Shown here: piece by piece, positions 38,121 through 51,855 of the stretch
How the letters are laid out: each line of letters starts with the position of its first letter
Position numbering within the stretch: position 1 is the first letter of the stretch
Assembly (NCBI GenBank): GCA_904063045.1
Contig: CAJFCJ010000015.1
Coordinates: forward strand, 1,247,034-1,311,033
Direction: 5' to 3'
Length of the DNA stretch: 64,000 bases
Source of the DNA: Dimorphilus gyrociliatus
Taxonomy: Eukaryota; Animalia; Annelida
Made by a program: the position numbers and the translations under genes
Notes under the pieces: model-generated
The model's database searches: none
The model's input: the letters and a program-made list of their open reading frames with translations, nothing else
What the model was told of the DNA's origin: nothing

Positions 38121-41100
38121 ATCCTGTTTATCCAGAATGTGATCCTGTTTATTATAGAGATCCAGAGCAAGATCATACCAGTGGAACGTATGCAAAATCG
38201 GTTAGTACTTGTTCTGGAAAATCTGTTTGGAGTTTAGGATTTTATTATATGTACTATTATAATTCTGCTTGGAGAGTTGGTTATCCTTTATGTGCAGCTT
38301 CATCATACAGGTATGATTGCTTTAAAGGTAGCTTTACTATTACATTCTGATTATATTTCGGTATTTTTAACTAAATTACAGAACAGGAGAAGACACACTA
38401 TATCCTTATGGTACTGCAACTATGATGTGGGAAGGAGTTTCAACTGTTTCATGTTCACCTATAGGAGTAGCCCCACCAGGAGGTAGTTACATATTTTATA
38501 TAGATTAAAACGCTTTCCTTTTACCTATTATATCCCGTCTACTGTGTATATATATAGATTGTATAGCTATGTACATAATGACACACAAAAGATGATTTAT
38601 TGACGTCCAATGTTACACAATGTTGAAAGGTCAATATTAATGAACGAGTAAAATGATAATCACTGTATAATCGCAACAAACATTAAACCATGATGTATTT
38701 TTTTTTCAAACTTATGAAGATTAACTTTCAATGACTAAATGTATGTTCGAACTAGGTATTTCATTGACGATGGAACAGACGACAACAAAAGTTCAAACTA
38801 CAACCGTCAACCCGTCAACAAGGGTAACGACAGAGCAGACAACAGTTTCAACTGTACCCACTACAGAGACAACGTTACGAACAACTGAAGAGACAACAGT
38901 TTCAACTGTTCCAACTACAGAATCAACGTTACAAACAACTGAAGAGACAACAGTTTCAACTGTACCCACTACAGAGACAACATTACGAACAACTGAAGAA
39001 ACTACAATTTCAACTGTTCCAACTACAGAATCAACGTTACAAACAACTGAAGAGACAACAGTTTCAACTGTACCCACTACAGAAACAACGTTACGAACAA
39101 CTGAAAAGACAACAGTTTCAACCGTTCCCACTACAGAGACAACATTACGAACAACTGAAGAAACTACAATTTCAACTGTTCCCAATACAGAATCAACACT
39201 TCAAACAACAGAAGCAAAAACTACATCTATAGTTGATGAAACAACAACGCAACAGATTACGACAATTTTAAGGGAGACATCAACCACATTTAGCACTAAA
39301 ACTGAGAGTAAAACTTCAACAATATTACCGACAACAATGGATGGTATTACTTCAACAGTATTACCAACTTCAACAGACCATAAGGTTTTAACAACATCAT
39401 CTGCAACGATTTCAACCGGTGGTAAAACTTCAACAGTCTCTAAGAAATTTTCAACAGTCTTACCATCAACTACTGTGAGAATTACAACTGACGAAATTTT
39501 ATCCCCTACGACTGACACGACAACAAATAACAAACAGTTGAAAGGACAGTCGACATCAACGACCAGCGGCTTTAATTATCAGGTATTTATCATAAATGCG
39601 AGAGTAATCTGGTGGCTAACATGATTGAATTTCCAGACTCGAACAAAAATATTTTCAAATAGAATTGAGGTTACTAAGAAATCAAGTACATATTCAATTG
39701 ATTCAAAATTAACATCTATTGATTTATCTAACCAAACTGAGATAATTGAGCAATGGAAACAATCAAAGACATTGAAAGAAATATATCAAAGTGGTATCAC
39801 AACACCAGCTCCTTCGGTGAATTGTTCGATGGACAATGTTTTTAAACAAACGGAAGTGAGATATATAGACAACATTCCAATTTTCAGCCTACTTATTCGA
39901 TTTTGTCGATTTGGATTTGAATTTCCTGATCATACTTTATACAGAGGAAGCGAATGTATAGGACAAGATGTATGGTCGAACATCGATAAATCCTGTCAAA
40001 GTAAATAATAAATGGTTTACAAAATATTCTTTGATCTATTACATAACATTCATATTATTAATAGAAATAGATTGCTTAAAGGATAAGGATTTATTAGACA
40101 CTTTTGCAAAATCTACAAAAAGTTACCAACGACAGTATGCCAAAGTTTGTAAGAGACAATTAGACATTGAAACGGAAAAGTTATGTCCACCCTTACCGTA
40201 TTGGCCTAATATCAATGTTAAATTAAATGGAAATAGTACTATTGCTGAACTAACTTGTATAGATGGTTTTAGATTTGTTGACGGAGAAGAGACTGTTTAT
40301 TTATCCTGTTGGAATGGATTATGGAACGATTCTTCTTTTGTTAATTGCAAAGGTTAATACTAATCAATATCTTTTACAGAAATGTATAGATTAGATGTTT
40401 GTTTATGGGCAAATACTATATACCGTATGTTTATTTTTATTATTCCTACAGTTAATTTATGCGCTAATGCTCCAACTTATGAATATGCAAGAAAAGTTAC
40501 CAACACACCGGAAACTAATACAACATTAATTCGATACAAATGCAATAATAGTACATTGACAAAATTCGGATATGATTTTTTCGATTTAAGGTGCTCTAAA
40601 AACGAAAAATGGAATATTGAAAATGTTACTTGTTCCGGTATAAACATTTCCGGATTTGTTTTCTTAATTAAAAATTCCCCCAGTTTTAATCTTAATCTCT
40701 TTTTTCCTAATTAAAGCCTATAATTGTCCAGCTTTATCGCAACAGAACCATTCGAGCGTTAGTACAAAATTGACAGAAAATGGAACTATTGTTCATATAA
40801 AATGCTTTCTTGGGTATATAACGAAATTATTTAAACTATCCGAAACATTACAATGTTACAATGGAAATTGGGTACCTAAAATTTGGGGAAATATATGTGA
40901 AAGTATATAGGAATAAAGCATTTTATTTACGTTCTTATGCTTGCTTGTTTGTTTTAAGGAATACAATGTACAACTCCGAAGAGTATACCTTTTTCCAAGA
41001 TTGTTTGGATCTCTAAGAACCTGGAATATAATTTAACTTGTCAACTTGGCTACTGGTTTAAATCAAATTTAACAACAACTTACGTAAAGTGTGATATCTA

Positions 41101-41954
41101 TGGGAAATGGCAAAAACAAATTGATCCAAAGTCTTGCCAGAGTTTGTTCATTAATAACATATAATCAGCCTATTTACATTATAAATATCAATATTGCATT
41201 AAATCTACTTAAATACTGATAATTAACATTTATTTTCGTGTGTATTATCTTTTAGGGGTGACTTGTCCCGATCCGAAAAATATACCGAATGCTAATATAA
41301 GCTATACGACCACTGAATATAATTCGGTTGCGAAATATTCTTGTCTACGAGGATATTCCTTAGAAGGTGGAGATGGAAATTCAACATGCCAAATCGACGG
41401 AAGCTGGTCTTTCGCTGGATATTGCAAAAGTACTATAATTATTTTATTAACGAGAAATAAACAAACTTCCAATAACACTAATATTGAAATTATATTCAGT
41501 AAACGAGTGTAAACCAATACCAGTATGGGAAGGAGTAGTTTGTGATAAGAATTCGACAAACTGGGGTACGGAATTGAATTGTAGCTGCGAGATTGGTTAT
41601 AGATCGAAACTATCTTACAAGATTTCATTATGTCAAGATGTATGGCAACCAAATATACAAGAATGCGAAGGTATTTATTTACTAATATTAGCATAGATTC
41701 TTTAAAGTTCCCTTTATCTATTTAAAGTACTAAAAAAAACGTTAAATCCAATAGAAACTGTAGAAGTCGTTGATAAAAAGACAACAGAAGCTCCCTCTGC
41801 CGAATACATTGGTACATCATTCGGAGTTGTAGTTGGATTCGTTATGACATCAATAATACTATTGGATATTACTCATCTTTCCAGATGTTTTAAAAAAGCT
41901 AAAAAAAGAATTCGATCAAGAATTAAAATTAGAACCAATGTTAAAAGACAATAA
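38121..41954 (+). CDS. Type I membrane protein: Cys/Tyr-rich N-domain, Thr-rich mucin stalk, ~7 sushi/CCP modules, TM; 5' end not located
   Basis: Mucin exon from ~38757. CCP modules with C..C..C..W..C pattern at ~39820-40000, 40185-40350, 40455-40635, 40720-40900, 40965-41140, 41260-41430 and 41490-41670. TM YIGTSFGVVVGFVMTSIILLDI; basic tail stop 41952-41954. Confidence 0.85.
38827..39204 (+). repeat. Coding tandem repeat, 7 x 54 bp (18 aa, TTEETT[V/I]STVPTTE[TTLR/STLQ])
   Basis: Read directly from the 38731-39624 ORF. Head-to-tail copies with no spacers. Confidence 0.95.
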
Positions 41955-43004
41955 ATATTTATTTAAATAATTAAAGGCTGGGTCCTTAGAAAAAACTGAT
42001 TTATTAGTAAAGAAAAAAACTAGTCTCTGAGTCTAAATTATTCACTTGATTAGACATACTTTTTTTAGATCCCTTTGCAAAGTAGTATATGAAAGTGACT
42101 GAGGCAAAAGATAATTTACCATATTTCTCCGTTGTTTAATTAAAAACTGTATTCATATATATATATATATATATACAGTATATATATATTGTGTCTATCT
42201 GCATATGTACTAATATGTATATAGTTTATTATTTCATTATTGAATGCTATATACTAATATTTAAAAGAGTACACTTAAAAAAGGACCACAAGGATTATAT
42301 TTTCCAAAGCATAAAGCTTGTTATCTTCATATATATGTAATACTTAATGTTTACCCTATATCTGTTAATTAGAATAAGTATTTCTCTTACTATATTTACT
42401 TATATTTTATTTATATATACTGTATACTGTATATATGCATACATACATACATATAAATATATATATATATTAAAGTATAGTGTATACTGAAACTATATAA
42501 AGGAAACTATTTTTAGGTAACATAATATTAAAGGAGAGAGCAAGGAACAATGTAGAAAAATATGAAAAAGGGAATGCATGGAATACCGCATAAAAGTAGA
42601 TAATACAGTAAAAGAAAGCTTATTACTGTCATTTGGAGGAATTTCTTAAATTATTAAGTACATCATATATATGAGGACTAAATTAGTGACGAAGGATTCT
42701 TTAAGGGAAAATTTTAATGAAATTCCCTTTTCTTAAATCTTTATGTCTATTTTTTTTTTGAATTAACATATTTTATTATAATTATCTTGTTTACTGACTC
42801 GTTTGTCTCTCGTTTTTTTAACTTCCTGAGCGAAGAATATTGTTCATTAATAATAATAATCAAATTCTCTTGCTAATAATCTTATTTAACACGCAATTGC
42901 TATTGGAGCGGCTCTGTTTTTGTTTAGTTTGAGGTTAAAAGAAGAATAGACTCTGCTTATCTTTAATCCTAATAGGTAAAAGGTGAGAAAATTCGAAAGG
43001 AAAC

Positions 43005-43016
43005 AGCGCCATCTAG
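43005..43016 (-). promoter_or_regulatory. CTCF-like motif CTAGATGGCGCT
   Basis: Strong consensus match in a gene-free interval. Confidence 0.5.
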
Positions 43017-45866
43017 AGAATTAATAATCCTTTCATTTTGTAATATAGTACCTCCGGTTATTACTATTAATTGCTGATATAGATTTATGACAGGCGTTGA
43101 GGTGTTGGATGAAGAAAGTAAAAATTTGAGAGACATAGTTCTAGATTAGAACATACCGCAGCTAAACCTTTTCGAGAAATCCTTTTCAAAGGGACAGTAA
43201 GAAAGATAGAGCTGTACGGGTAAGAGAGGGAAGAGACGATCTTAAATCAATAAAAGTAGAGAAAATGTTTGGGATAAATGAAAAGGTGTCAATCTAAGGC
43301 GATTTTAACGACCAAAATAGTAACGATTTCGAGTTCAAAAGGATTAAATGCAAATTTTCTATTTATATTGGATTTCTAACAATAAAAAGACAAGAAATAA
43401 GGCGACAACGAAGAAGATAGAAAGTTTATTTAATTTTTGCATTCGTCATAGCTTCTCCTTCGGTAATTTCTTGTAAAACCTTTAATCAGAATAGAAGAAA
43501 TTTGAAACTCAATATAAATATATAAACACAGTTGTATTGTTACTTTAACAAACATGTCATTTCTTCCCCTTAACTATTCAATTCGCTTTTTAACGTTTAT
43601 TAAATTTATAATCATTTAATAAATAATAATAACAATATCAATAATCTCTAAAAGATTTCGTAAACTGATTAATACTATTTATCAAGACCCCTCCCTATTC
43701 TCGTCTATTACTAGTATCTATTATACATTTCAATATTTACATAAATTCCTATAGGGCTAAAACATTCTCCGAAATATTCTTAAACACACTGTGCTATTTT
43801 TTTCTCGTACAAATCACTTCTAATAGAAAAATCCATGCAAATCAATAACATGTAATAGTGTTATTTGGGAGGATAAGGGGAGTGAAAGAATGCAAAACAA
43901 GCAGAAAGAGAGCGAGAGAGAGAAAGTGAGAGAGACAAGGAGGAGAGTAATAACTGGAAGGACATAGAGAAAGCTCTATACACAATATATAGTATATAAT
44001 AATCTATAGGCAAAAAATTTCATAAGTAAAGTACGACATTAGCAGATTAATATTGAATAAATATGACATCTTTATAAACATGTAAATAAGGAAATGCTAG
44101 TAAAATAGTCCTTAATATTCGTATATTGCATATTTCTATTTTATCGTAGTTAAAAGTATCTTGTAAATTGTATAAATTAAATACTAGAAAGTATCGAATT
44201 TCTTATAACAATCTAAACAATATATAAGTAACTGAAAGAGAATCTATTTACAAGCTAAAATGGAACATTCCCGTTCGACAAAGTCGATAATATAAATAGC
44301 CCGAGGGATACAAATGTCGTAAGAGCAACAATCTTTAATAGAGAATGTACTAAAGGCGCGTCTAAATCAATCGAGTTTTGTCTATTATGTTGACTCCTTT
44401 CTAGGAAAAAAATAAGAAAATTAAAAAAGGAGGAGGAAAGAAGAGAGAAATATGTGAGTGAGGGAAAGAGAAATGGAAAAAAGAGAGAAAGACAGAAAAA
44501 AAGCGAAAGGAAGAATGAAAGAGTAAGACAGAGAGAGAGAGAGAAGAAAGAAAGATAGATAGGCAGGTAGGTATAGGGTAAAAAAAAAGAAAAAAGAAAA
44601 AGAGGGAGAGTGATGGAGAAACGTACAAAGAGAGAAAAAACAAATTTATATATACAGTATATGTATATGTTCTATATATTTATAAATATAAAGAGTTACT
44701 GCAACAGAATAAAATGAGTAGATTTGTTTTTAAATAAAAAGAAATACCGTATGGTTCTGTAAACTAAAGAAATCATTCGCCTTTATAGAAACGTTTGAAA
44801 TGACTACCTATATGTATTTAAGACCTGTATACATTATAAAAATTGTTGAAAGGCAACATTACATCATTAACGATTCTATTTTTGCTCGTTATATTTAATA
44901 TAATAAAACGACAGGGATGCTTTGTTAGAATCTTGTTGGACTATTGGATACCAGACAATTTCACCTTTTTTTAATGTGTAAAATAAAAATAACCCCATTA
45001 TTGGTTGTTTCTAGAAGATCTTTTACAACACGTTTGAAGCAAGCGTCAGTGCCCTCTTTTTTTTCATACAACCAAAGCGGTCGACGACTTTTAGAAAAGC
45101 AACCAATATTATTATTGTCGGCGCCCAGAATCTAAACCTTTTATATTGTAGGAGTAGAGGAGACAAAAAGGACGGAATAGGGAAGAGAAATAAAACTAAT
45201 GAATTATGAGGAAAGAGAGTATGTATTCAACGGAGAACTAAGAAGACCTTTTTAATTTTAAGTGCTTTGTTTTTTTTTCCTGCCTTAATCAACAAAACTC
45301 CAATTAATATTTAAATATTAAAACTAAATAATATCGATAAATAAACCTGAAATAAGTAATAGATTACTATAAAATCTTTAATCAAAGTAAACATTAGCTG
45401 TTATATTCTAATATTTAACATAAATGTTATATCAGACAATAGGTTAAAGTAATGCGATATTGTATACTGTTAACTGGTTCTTAACCAATTGAACGTCGTT
45501 TTTAAACATAAAATTGTTAGCTTTACATACGTACCAGACATTCTGGTGAGTGAATGAACTGAATATATTTCATAATATAATAGTATACTTGCATGTATAT
45601 ATATATATATATATTTAACAAGAGTGTTCAAAAGAGGAAAATATACAGCATAATATACAATATATATCATATACTACTCTATACTATGCATATAAAGTAA
45701 ATTTCATTGAAAAATTATGAAAGGAAACTACGTATCTTGAATTAAATAGTAAACCAATATCAAGTTCAATACTCGGATACGATTGGGCATTTCTTTTAAT
45801 TTTCTCTATCATGTATTGTCGTTGTGATAATTTGCTTTCTTTTCTTGTGATAAACTCTTTCTCTCT

Positions 45867-45873
<7 letters not shown>

Positions 45874-45904
<31 letters not shown>
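45874..45904. repeat. (CT)n microsatellite
   Basis: Read directly from the sequence. Confidence 0.9.
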
Positions 45905-45908
<4 letters not shown>

Positions 45909-46583
45909 AATTTTTTTTTGTTATCCATTGTTAAGATATCTAGTTTGTAAAGAAGATTGATAGTATTTTATTGCTATTTACTGAGCCGATAAAGTTTGCT
46001 AACCGACTCTTATATTTCATAATATAGCGAAAGAGCGGAAAAGATGAAATAATAGGCGGGTAACGATCGAATATTAGTTTTAATGTATACAAAGTCATTT
46101 GAAACGTTCTTATTTAATAGTAATTGGTAATTTTGTAATGGTCTTGTAGAATTTGTTATTGATTAATTTTGTTTAAGAGACTGTCAAAAGGGAAATAGAC
46201 ATTAGATGAAGAAATATTAATAATTTAGACACTAATAATAATCACAATAACAGCGAATATAACAAATGAGATATCGTATTGAAGGACTCTGATGACGTAT
46301 TGATATAAAACAGGGCGCGTAAAATAAAGATCGATAAACGAAGACGGCCAGGTGTCGCTGTGGCAATTTCAACGCGAGATATTTGCATGTGAAAGTAGCG
46401 ATTCGTTCAGACCTCTAAAGCAGTGGCACCCCCTTTCCCCCATACAACGGGAAGTTTGATATTGTATTAAGGAAAAAGATAGGCGGTGTTCTCTACCTGA
46501 AGGTGTTGATCAAAAGTCAATAAGTTTGATTAAAAAACAGAGAAACTATAGTTTTTATATAGAAAATTATTAAGTAACGTGAC

Positions 46584-47519
46584 ATGTCTCACCCGAGACA
46601 ATTAAGACAGGGTATGGATCCCGTTTACAGTGAAGTAAGACGAGGAAACTTCATCCCTCAACAAGGTAACATTCTTTTCATGTAATCATTATCTTCTCTT
46701 TATAATGAGTTTATATATATGTCTATATATATTTATATCTATATATATCTATATATATACGATATAAAAATCTACTAAAAGCCAAAATATTTCACGGTTT
46801 TTTTTGCCGACTAATTCATCAATGAAAATAGAATGTGTTCTACGTTCTCTTATATTGAATGATTTATATTAGCCGTCAAGTGCTTTTCAATACTGAAGGT
46901 CAGGGGGAGAAAAGTTTCAGAAGCGAATTGTTAACAGATAAACCCTATATATTTTGGCTTCCTATACTTTGGGCTTCGTTAAATGAAAACAATGCGCCTA
47001 TTAAACCTATTCTTAATTAATAATACAATAAGGAAAATGAATATGAAAATGATCGAATTTCTTTTCATTCTGTCAGGTGTACAATTAAACGGACAGATGT
47101 CGCTGCACGGCAACCAACACCCTCCACCGCCCGTTCCGATTAAGACGACTAACGGAGACAACCAATACGGTTCTCTACCCCCTTCTGTTAGCCAAGCAGG
47201 AGTACCTCTAACACACCACTTTCAAACCCCAATTCCCATTCAACCACAAGCACCTAAAATTAATCAAAATTATGATCCAACATTATGGTCCATTAAGAGG
47301 CAATACGAAGAGCAAGAACAAGTTATGGCATTTGCTGATGATACATTCGACGACCAAGAATCCATCAAGGATGTTTACATTGAAGAGAGATCGCAAAACG
47401 GCGTTCATAATTATGAAAACGCACCGGCCGGTGGTAGAGCTAAAAATAGCTCAAGAGAATATATGAACACCTTTGATGATTATGGCAGTAAAAGTTGGGA
47501 TAGACAACTTGGTTACTGA
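46584..47519 (+). CDS. Uncharacterised ~174-aa disordered Tyr/Pro-motif-rich protein
   Basis: Exon 46584-46665 (MSHPRQLRQGMDPVYSEVRRGNFIPQQ, in-frame upstream TAA, donor G|gtaac) splices in phase 1 to 47077-47519 (HPPPPVPIK...YENAP...EYMNTF...QLGY*). Confidence 0.65.
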
Positions 47520-49256
47520 GAAGTAAAAAAAAAAAAGAAAAACGTCATTTGAAGAAATTTTATACACCGCATAATACAAATATACAGCGCAAATATATAG
47601 CAAAACAAATTCACTCATCACTCCATCTCAATTATCCTAATAACCATACTCCCATCCATCCTATTGTATTTTTTTTACTTAAAATTTCCTAAGATTCTTT
47701 CCCTGCAGCTTAAAAAATTATGTGTACAGTGCTTCAAAAACCTAACATTACAAATGAACGTTGAAACAAAACAATCTTATTCTTATTCTTCTTCTCTCTC
47801 TGTCTGTCTGTCTGTCTGTCTCTCTCTATACATATATATATATATATGAGAAAAGACAAGACAACAAATATCTACTACCACTACTACTACCATTAGCACT
47901 ACAGCTACAAATATTCCGTGAAAATCTTCTTAAAACAAGCGTCTATTACATAATGAAAATTTTATAGTAAATATTTATATAGGTTTTGCTCTAATAATGT
48001 ATTTTTTTTTATTTTGGGGAACTTTTAATACATCTATAAATCTATTTATGAGATTTAAAATAAAAAACAAAATATATATTGTATATAAAAAGACAGTCTA
48101 TTAAAATATATGAAAAAAGAAGAAAAAAAACTGGAATTTGATACTAATAAAAAATCAATTTTTTATAATCCAATAAATCGTTTTATAATACTTTCAATTA
48201 AAATATTCCGTTCGTCTTCTTCTCTTCCCCTATTCTTTCTTCTTTTTTTTTCTCCCTCTCTCTCCTTCTCTTTCTCTTTCTCTACAAAAATACTATATAT
48301 ATATATAAGGATAGTTTAGGATACGGAAGCTTGTTTTATAATAATGGGTCATTTTTTTTAAAGCTATCATCCTCCGAGCAGCAAGTAACATAAAAATGAG
48401 TAGAAAAAAATGACAATGAATCCAAGACAAGGAAAGTTTCCCATGTAGGTAAAGTAAATATGGTCAGAATTTGACACCGAATCTCGTTATTAGTCTATTA
48501 TTGTTGGATTATGGCTGATATCATTCTATTGTAATAAATGTTTATAGTTTGCGGAAGATGTTTAAATATTTGCTATAAAAAATCCAAGGTTTTTTAAGTA
48601 TCTAACGTAATTTATCACTTAAAAAAAAAGAGGAATATTCTCCTTCTCTTTTCATTCTGATTTCTCTTTAGAGGTTTATCTATTGACTTGAATATACAAT
48701 GCTCGTATTATTTTGTGGTACTTCTATAAAATGTAAACCTAGAAAAAAAATCCACACATTTTATTAGATACGTTGTATGTGTGTGTGTGTGTGTCTGTGT
48801 CTGTGTCTGTGTCTGTGTGTGGCTGCGTGCGTTTCATACTCTCTCATCGGTTTTATATTGTTTTGTGTCTAGTACACAAGTTAGAAGAATCTTATTAAGC
48901 GTACGCTTGAATGATTTAACTGCTAAGTAACAGAACTTTATTCGAATATGTCAGCTTGCAATTTACAGCTAATATTCCAAAAAAGTCAATAAGACGTGAA
49001 CGCCAAGTTTTTGACCTAATTGATGGACCAAGACGTAAAAACCCTTTTAAACGAAAATTTGTGTGAATAATTATTATATGTAAAAAAATTACTATAAAAG
49101 TACATAAGAGAACGGAAGTTTAATTAGGCTAATTTGGATCGTCTTTCTATTCTTCCAAGGTCTTTGGATTTATAAAAGTCTTCTTAGGCTACACCCTCAT
49201 CTTACTTTAGTATTCTCAAATACGCCACCTACCATTAGCCTATAAATAAAAGAAAA

Positions 49257-49269
49257 TGCCACCTAGCGG
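49257..49269 (-). promoter_or_regulatory. CTCF-like motif CCGCTAGGTGGCA
   Basis: Near-perfect match to CCRSYAGRKGGCR. Confidence 0.55.
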
Positions 49270-50117
49270 TTGAATTTGTAATAATTCGTTTTATTAAGAT
49301 TTTTTTTCGATTTTCTATCAAAATATAATAACGTATACAGATACAACTATTGATTGTAAGACAAGGCACAAAATAGCCTTAAAACAATTGAGTACCAGAA
49401 CAAAGTATGTACAAAGATGCTCACTCATAGTTTACATAGATGTGTTATTTTTGCCTTTCATTTCCTTTTCTTCTCCTCTTTTCGCATTTTTTTCTCTCTA
49501 TCTCTTCTTCTCTAGCTCTTTTTCTCTCTCCCTTATTCTCTCTCTATCAGTATCAGTCTGTCTGTCTGTGCCTCTTCCTAGCTTTTTCCTCTCCTTACTC
49601 TACTTTATTATTCTATTCTTACTACATACATATAACTTCAAATATATACACTATATATAATGATATATACAGTGTATATATATATACTTTGTATATATGC
49701 ATACATGTATCATAACTAGTATGGCATCGCAATCGTAACTTAACCATAAAGAAAATTGGAGAAAATATTATACATAAAAAATATTAACTTTGAAGAAATA
49801 AAAACAGCAAGGAATGAGACAAGAAACGGCAAAAGTAGAAACATACAGGCATCGCTAAGAAAAGCGTATGGGATATCGATTTGGCCACTGTTGCTATGAC
49901 AACACGCCGCTTGCGCGGATATCGAATTGCTGCGTTCTATCCGCGTGCGTTATACATTTCAGAATATATATATATATAACGGTACATATATATATATATA
50001 AATATATACATATGTATACATATTTTACATTTTGACAATTTTAAGTTGTACATTTGTAAACATGCATGGATGAATACATAAATGTACATAAAAATATAAG
50101 TATAAGGATAATAAATG

Positions 50118-50149
<32 letters not shown>

Positions 50150-50333
50150 CGTATACATAGATATACTCAGCGCATATACTAAATGTCATACACTTAAAGT
50201 ATATCTATATTTATATATTAAAATACATACATTGTATACATGTATGCAGTATATTTATTTATGAAATACATAAATGTATACTACATACACATGTACGTAC
50301 TGTGTATATGAATAGAAGAGTAATATACATATA

Positions 50334-50377
<44 letters not shown>

Positions 50378-51336
50378 GTTTACGTATAATATATATATAT
50401 ATATATGTATTCTCATTTAGAGCTATATATGAAATATGCACAGATGCATTTTTTTTAAAACATATACATTTATATAAAAGAAAATTGATATTTCACTTTT
50501 TTTTTGCTCCTTTTAACAAATTTTTTTCGATTCTAAGATTTTTGGAATCAAGTTGAGTCAAAAAAAAAGGGAAAAAAAATATAAAGAAAAAACAACGTAA
50601 TTGCATAAATCATTTTAACATAGGATTGATTATACGATTGTGACGCGCTGGAAAGAACGTTGGCACATAAACCTAAGAATTGATACAACAACGTCCGATG
50701 CACCCCGATGTCAAATATTCTACTTTTGATGGGAGTAAAGAAAAAAACGATATTATTATAGAAGAGAAACTTCAAACGATGAAAAACAACGGTGCAAAAC
50801 CAGTCTGAAAATGTAGTTAGCATGCATTTACTCGTCTCCATAGAAACATTGATTTCGATGCAACTTCTATCTATTTCCATTTTTTACTCAGCTATCCCAC
50901 TTTATATATATATATAAATATATATAAAATATATATTTGGTGCATATATATAAATATCTATCTTTCCTTGGTATGTGTCGTACACCCATGTACGTGTATT
51001 CACCAGTTGTGTATATACTTTATCTACAGTATATAATACATACATAGCTTGTATATATATATATATACATATACTGTACAGTTGTTATAGGCATACAAAA
51101 GTTATATAAAAGTTGAAATATATACTTTTGTATACTTTTTAAGGGATAAAAAATTTCCTAAAAAGGTTTTTCTTCCTATTTTGCCTTTTTCTTGTTATCT
51201 TTCCCACGTTTTTTTTTAATAGCACTAACTCGGTTGTAATGTAAATATAGTTTTAGAAAGTTAGTGGAAAACGCCACGAAATAAATTATTCATACAATTC
51301 CCTGCGCAACAGCGTGCATCGAACGAACTACATATA

Positions 51337-51855
51337 CTATATACCAACTAAAACTTCCATAATATGTTCAAGTTCATCGGTGGCTGCTTGCATATTACAA
51401 CCACCGTATGGAAATGTACCAGCCAAAGCGTTTAATGAATCAGTTAGTACTGCAGATAAGGAGTCCCTATCGAACATTAAGGCGGTAAAATCGAGATCAG
51501 CAATTGAAACGTTTGAGGGGACGTTAGGTAGATCGTCCTCCATTTCTAGCAGGGATGTCCAGGGACCAGCAGGAGCAGTTGAGGGTGGAGGATCAAGCAA
51601 CTGGGTTGGGGGTGAAAAGGATGAGGGTGGTACAGGTCGGAATCTTATTCCCTCTTCCTTCAGTTCATTTTCGATTTTCCGTACAGTATTGCAGATGAGG
51701 ACGGAACGCCTTAAACTCGGCTCGACGCGCCTACAGTGGTGTCCCGAAATAGGGACGGGAGAACGTAGTTTGTTCATTGATAAACACAGTACGGACCTTC
51801 GCAATTCATAATAAGGTTTGCAGACGTCATCGTCATCTTCCCTCTTCCTCTTCAT
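51337..51855 (-). CDS. SERTAD: SERTA domain protein (SERTAD/CDCA4/TRIP-Br family)
   Basis: MKRK N-terminus, SERTA motif LRRSVLCLSMNKL...EPSLRRSVLICNTVRKIENE, C-terminal DELEHIMEVLVG. The likely start is ATG 51855, just after an AG acceptor. Confidence 0.92.
   Translation of the reverse strand: MKRKREDDDDVCKPYYELRRSVLCLSMNKLRSPVPISGHHCRRVEPSLRRSVLICNTVRKIENELKEEGIRFRPVPPSSFSPPTQLLDPPPSTAPAGPWTSLLEMEDDLPNVPSNVSIADLDFTALMFDRDSLSAVLTDSLNALAGTFPYGGCNMQAATDELEHIMEVLVGI

Noticed and set aside
38827-39204. 54-bp repeats as a CRISPR-like array, and the antisense ORFs 38793-39185 and 39201-39533
   Set aside because: The repeats are head-to-tail without unique spacers and encode a mucin stalk. The antisense Val-rich ORFs are mirror images of ACN-rich codons.
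51314-51811. 165-aa ORF on the plus strand
   Set aside because: It is the antisense shadow of the SERTAD coding exon.
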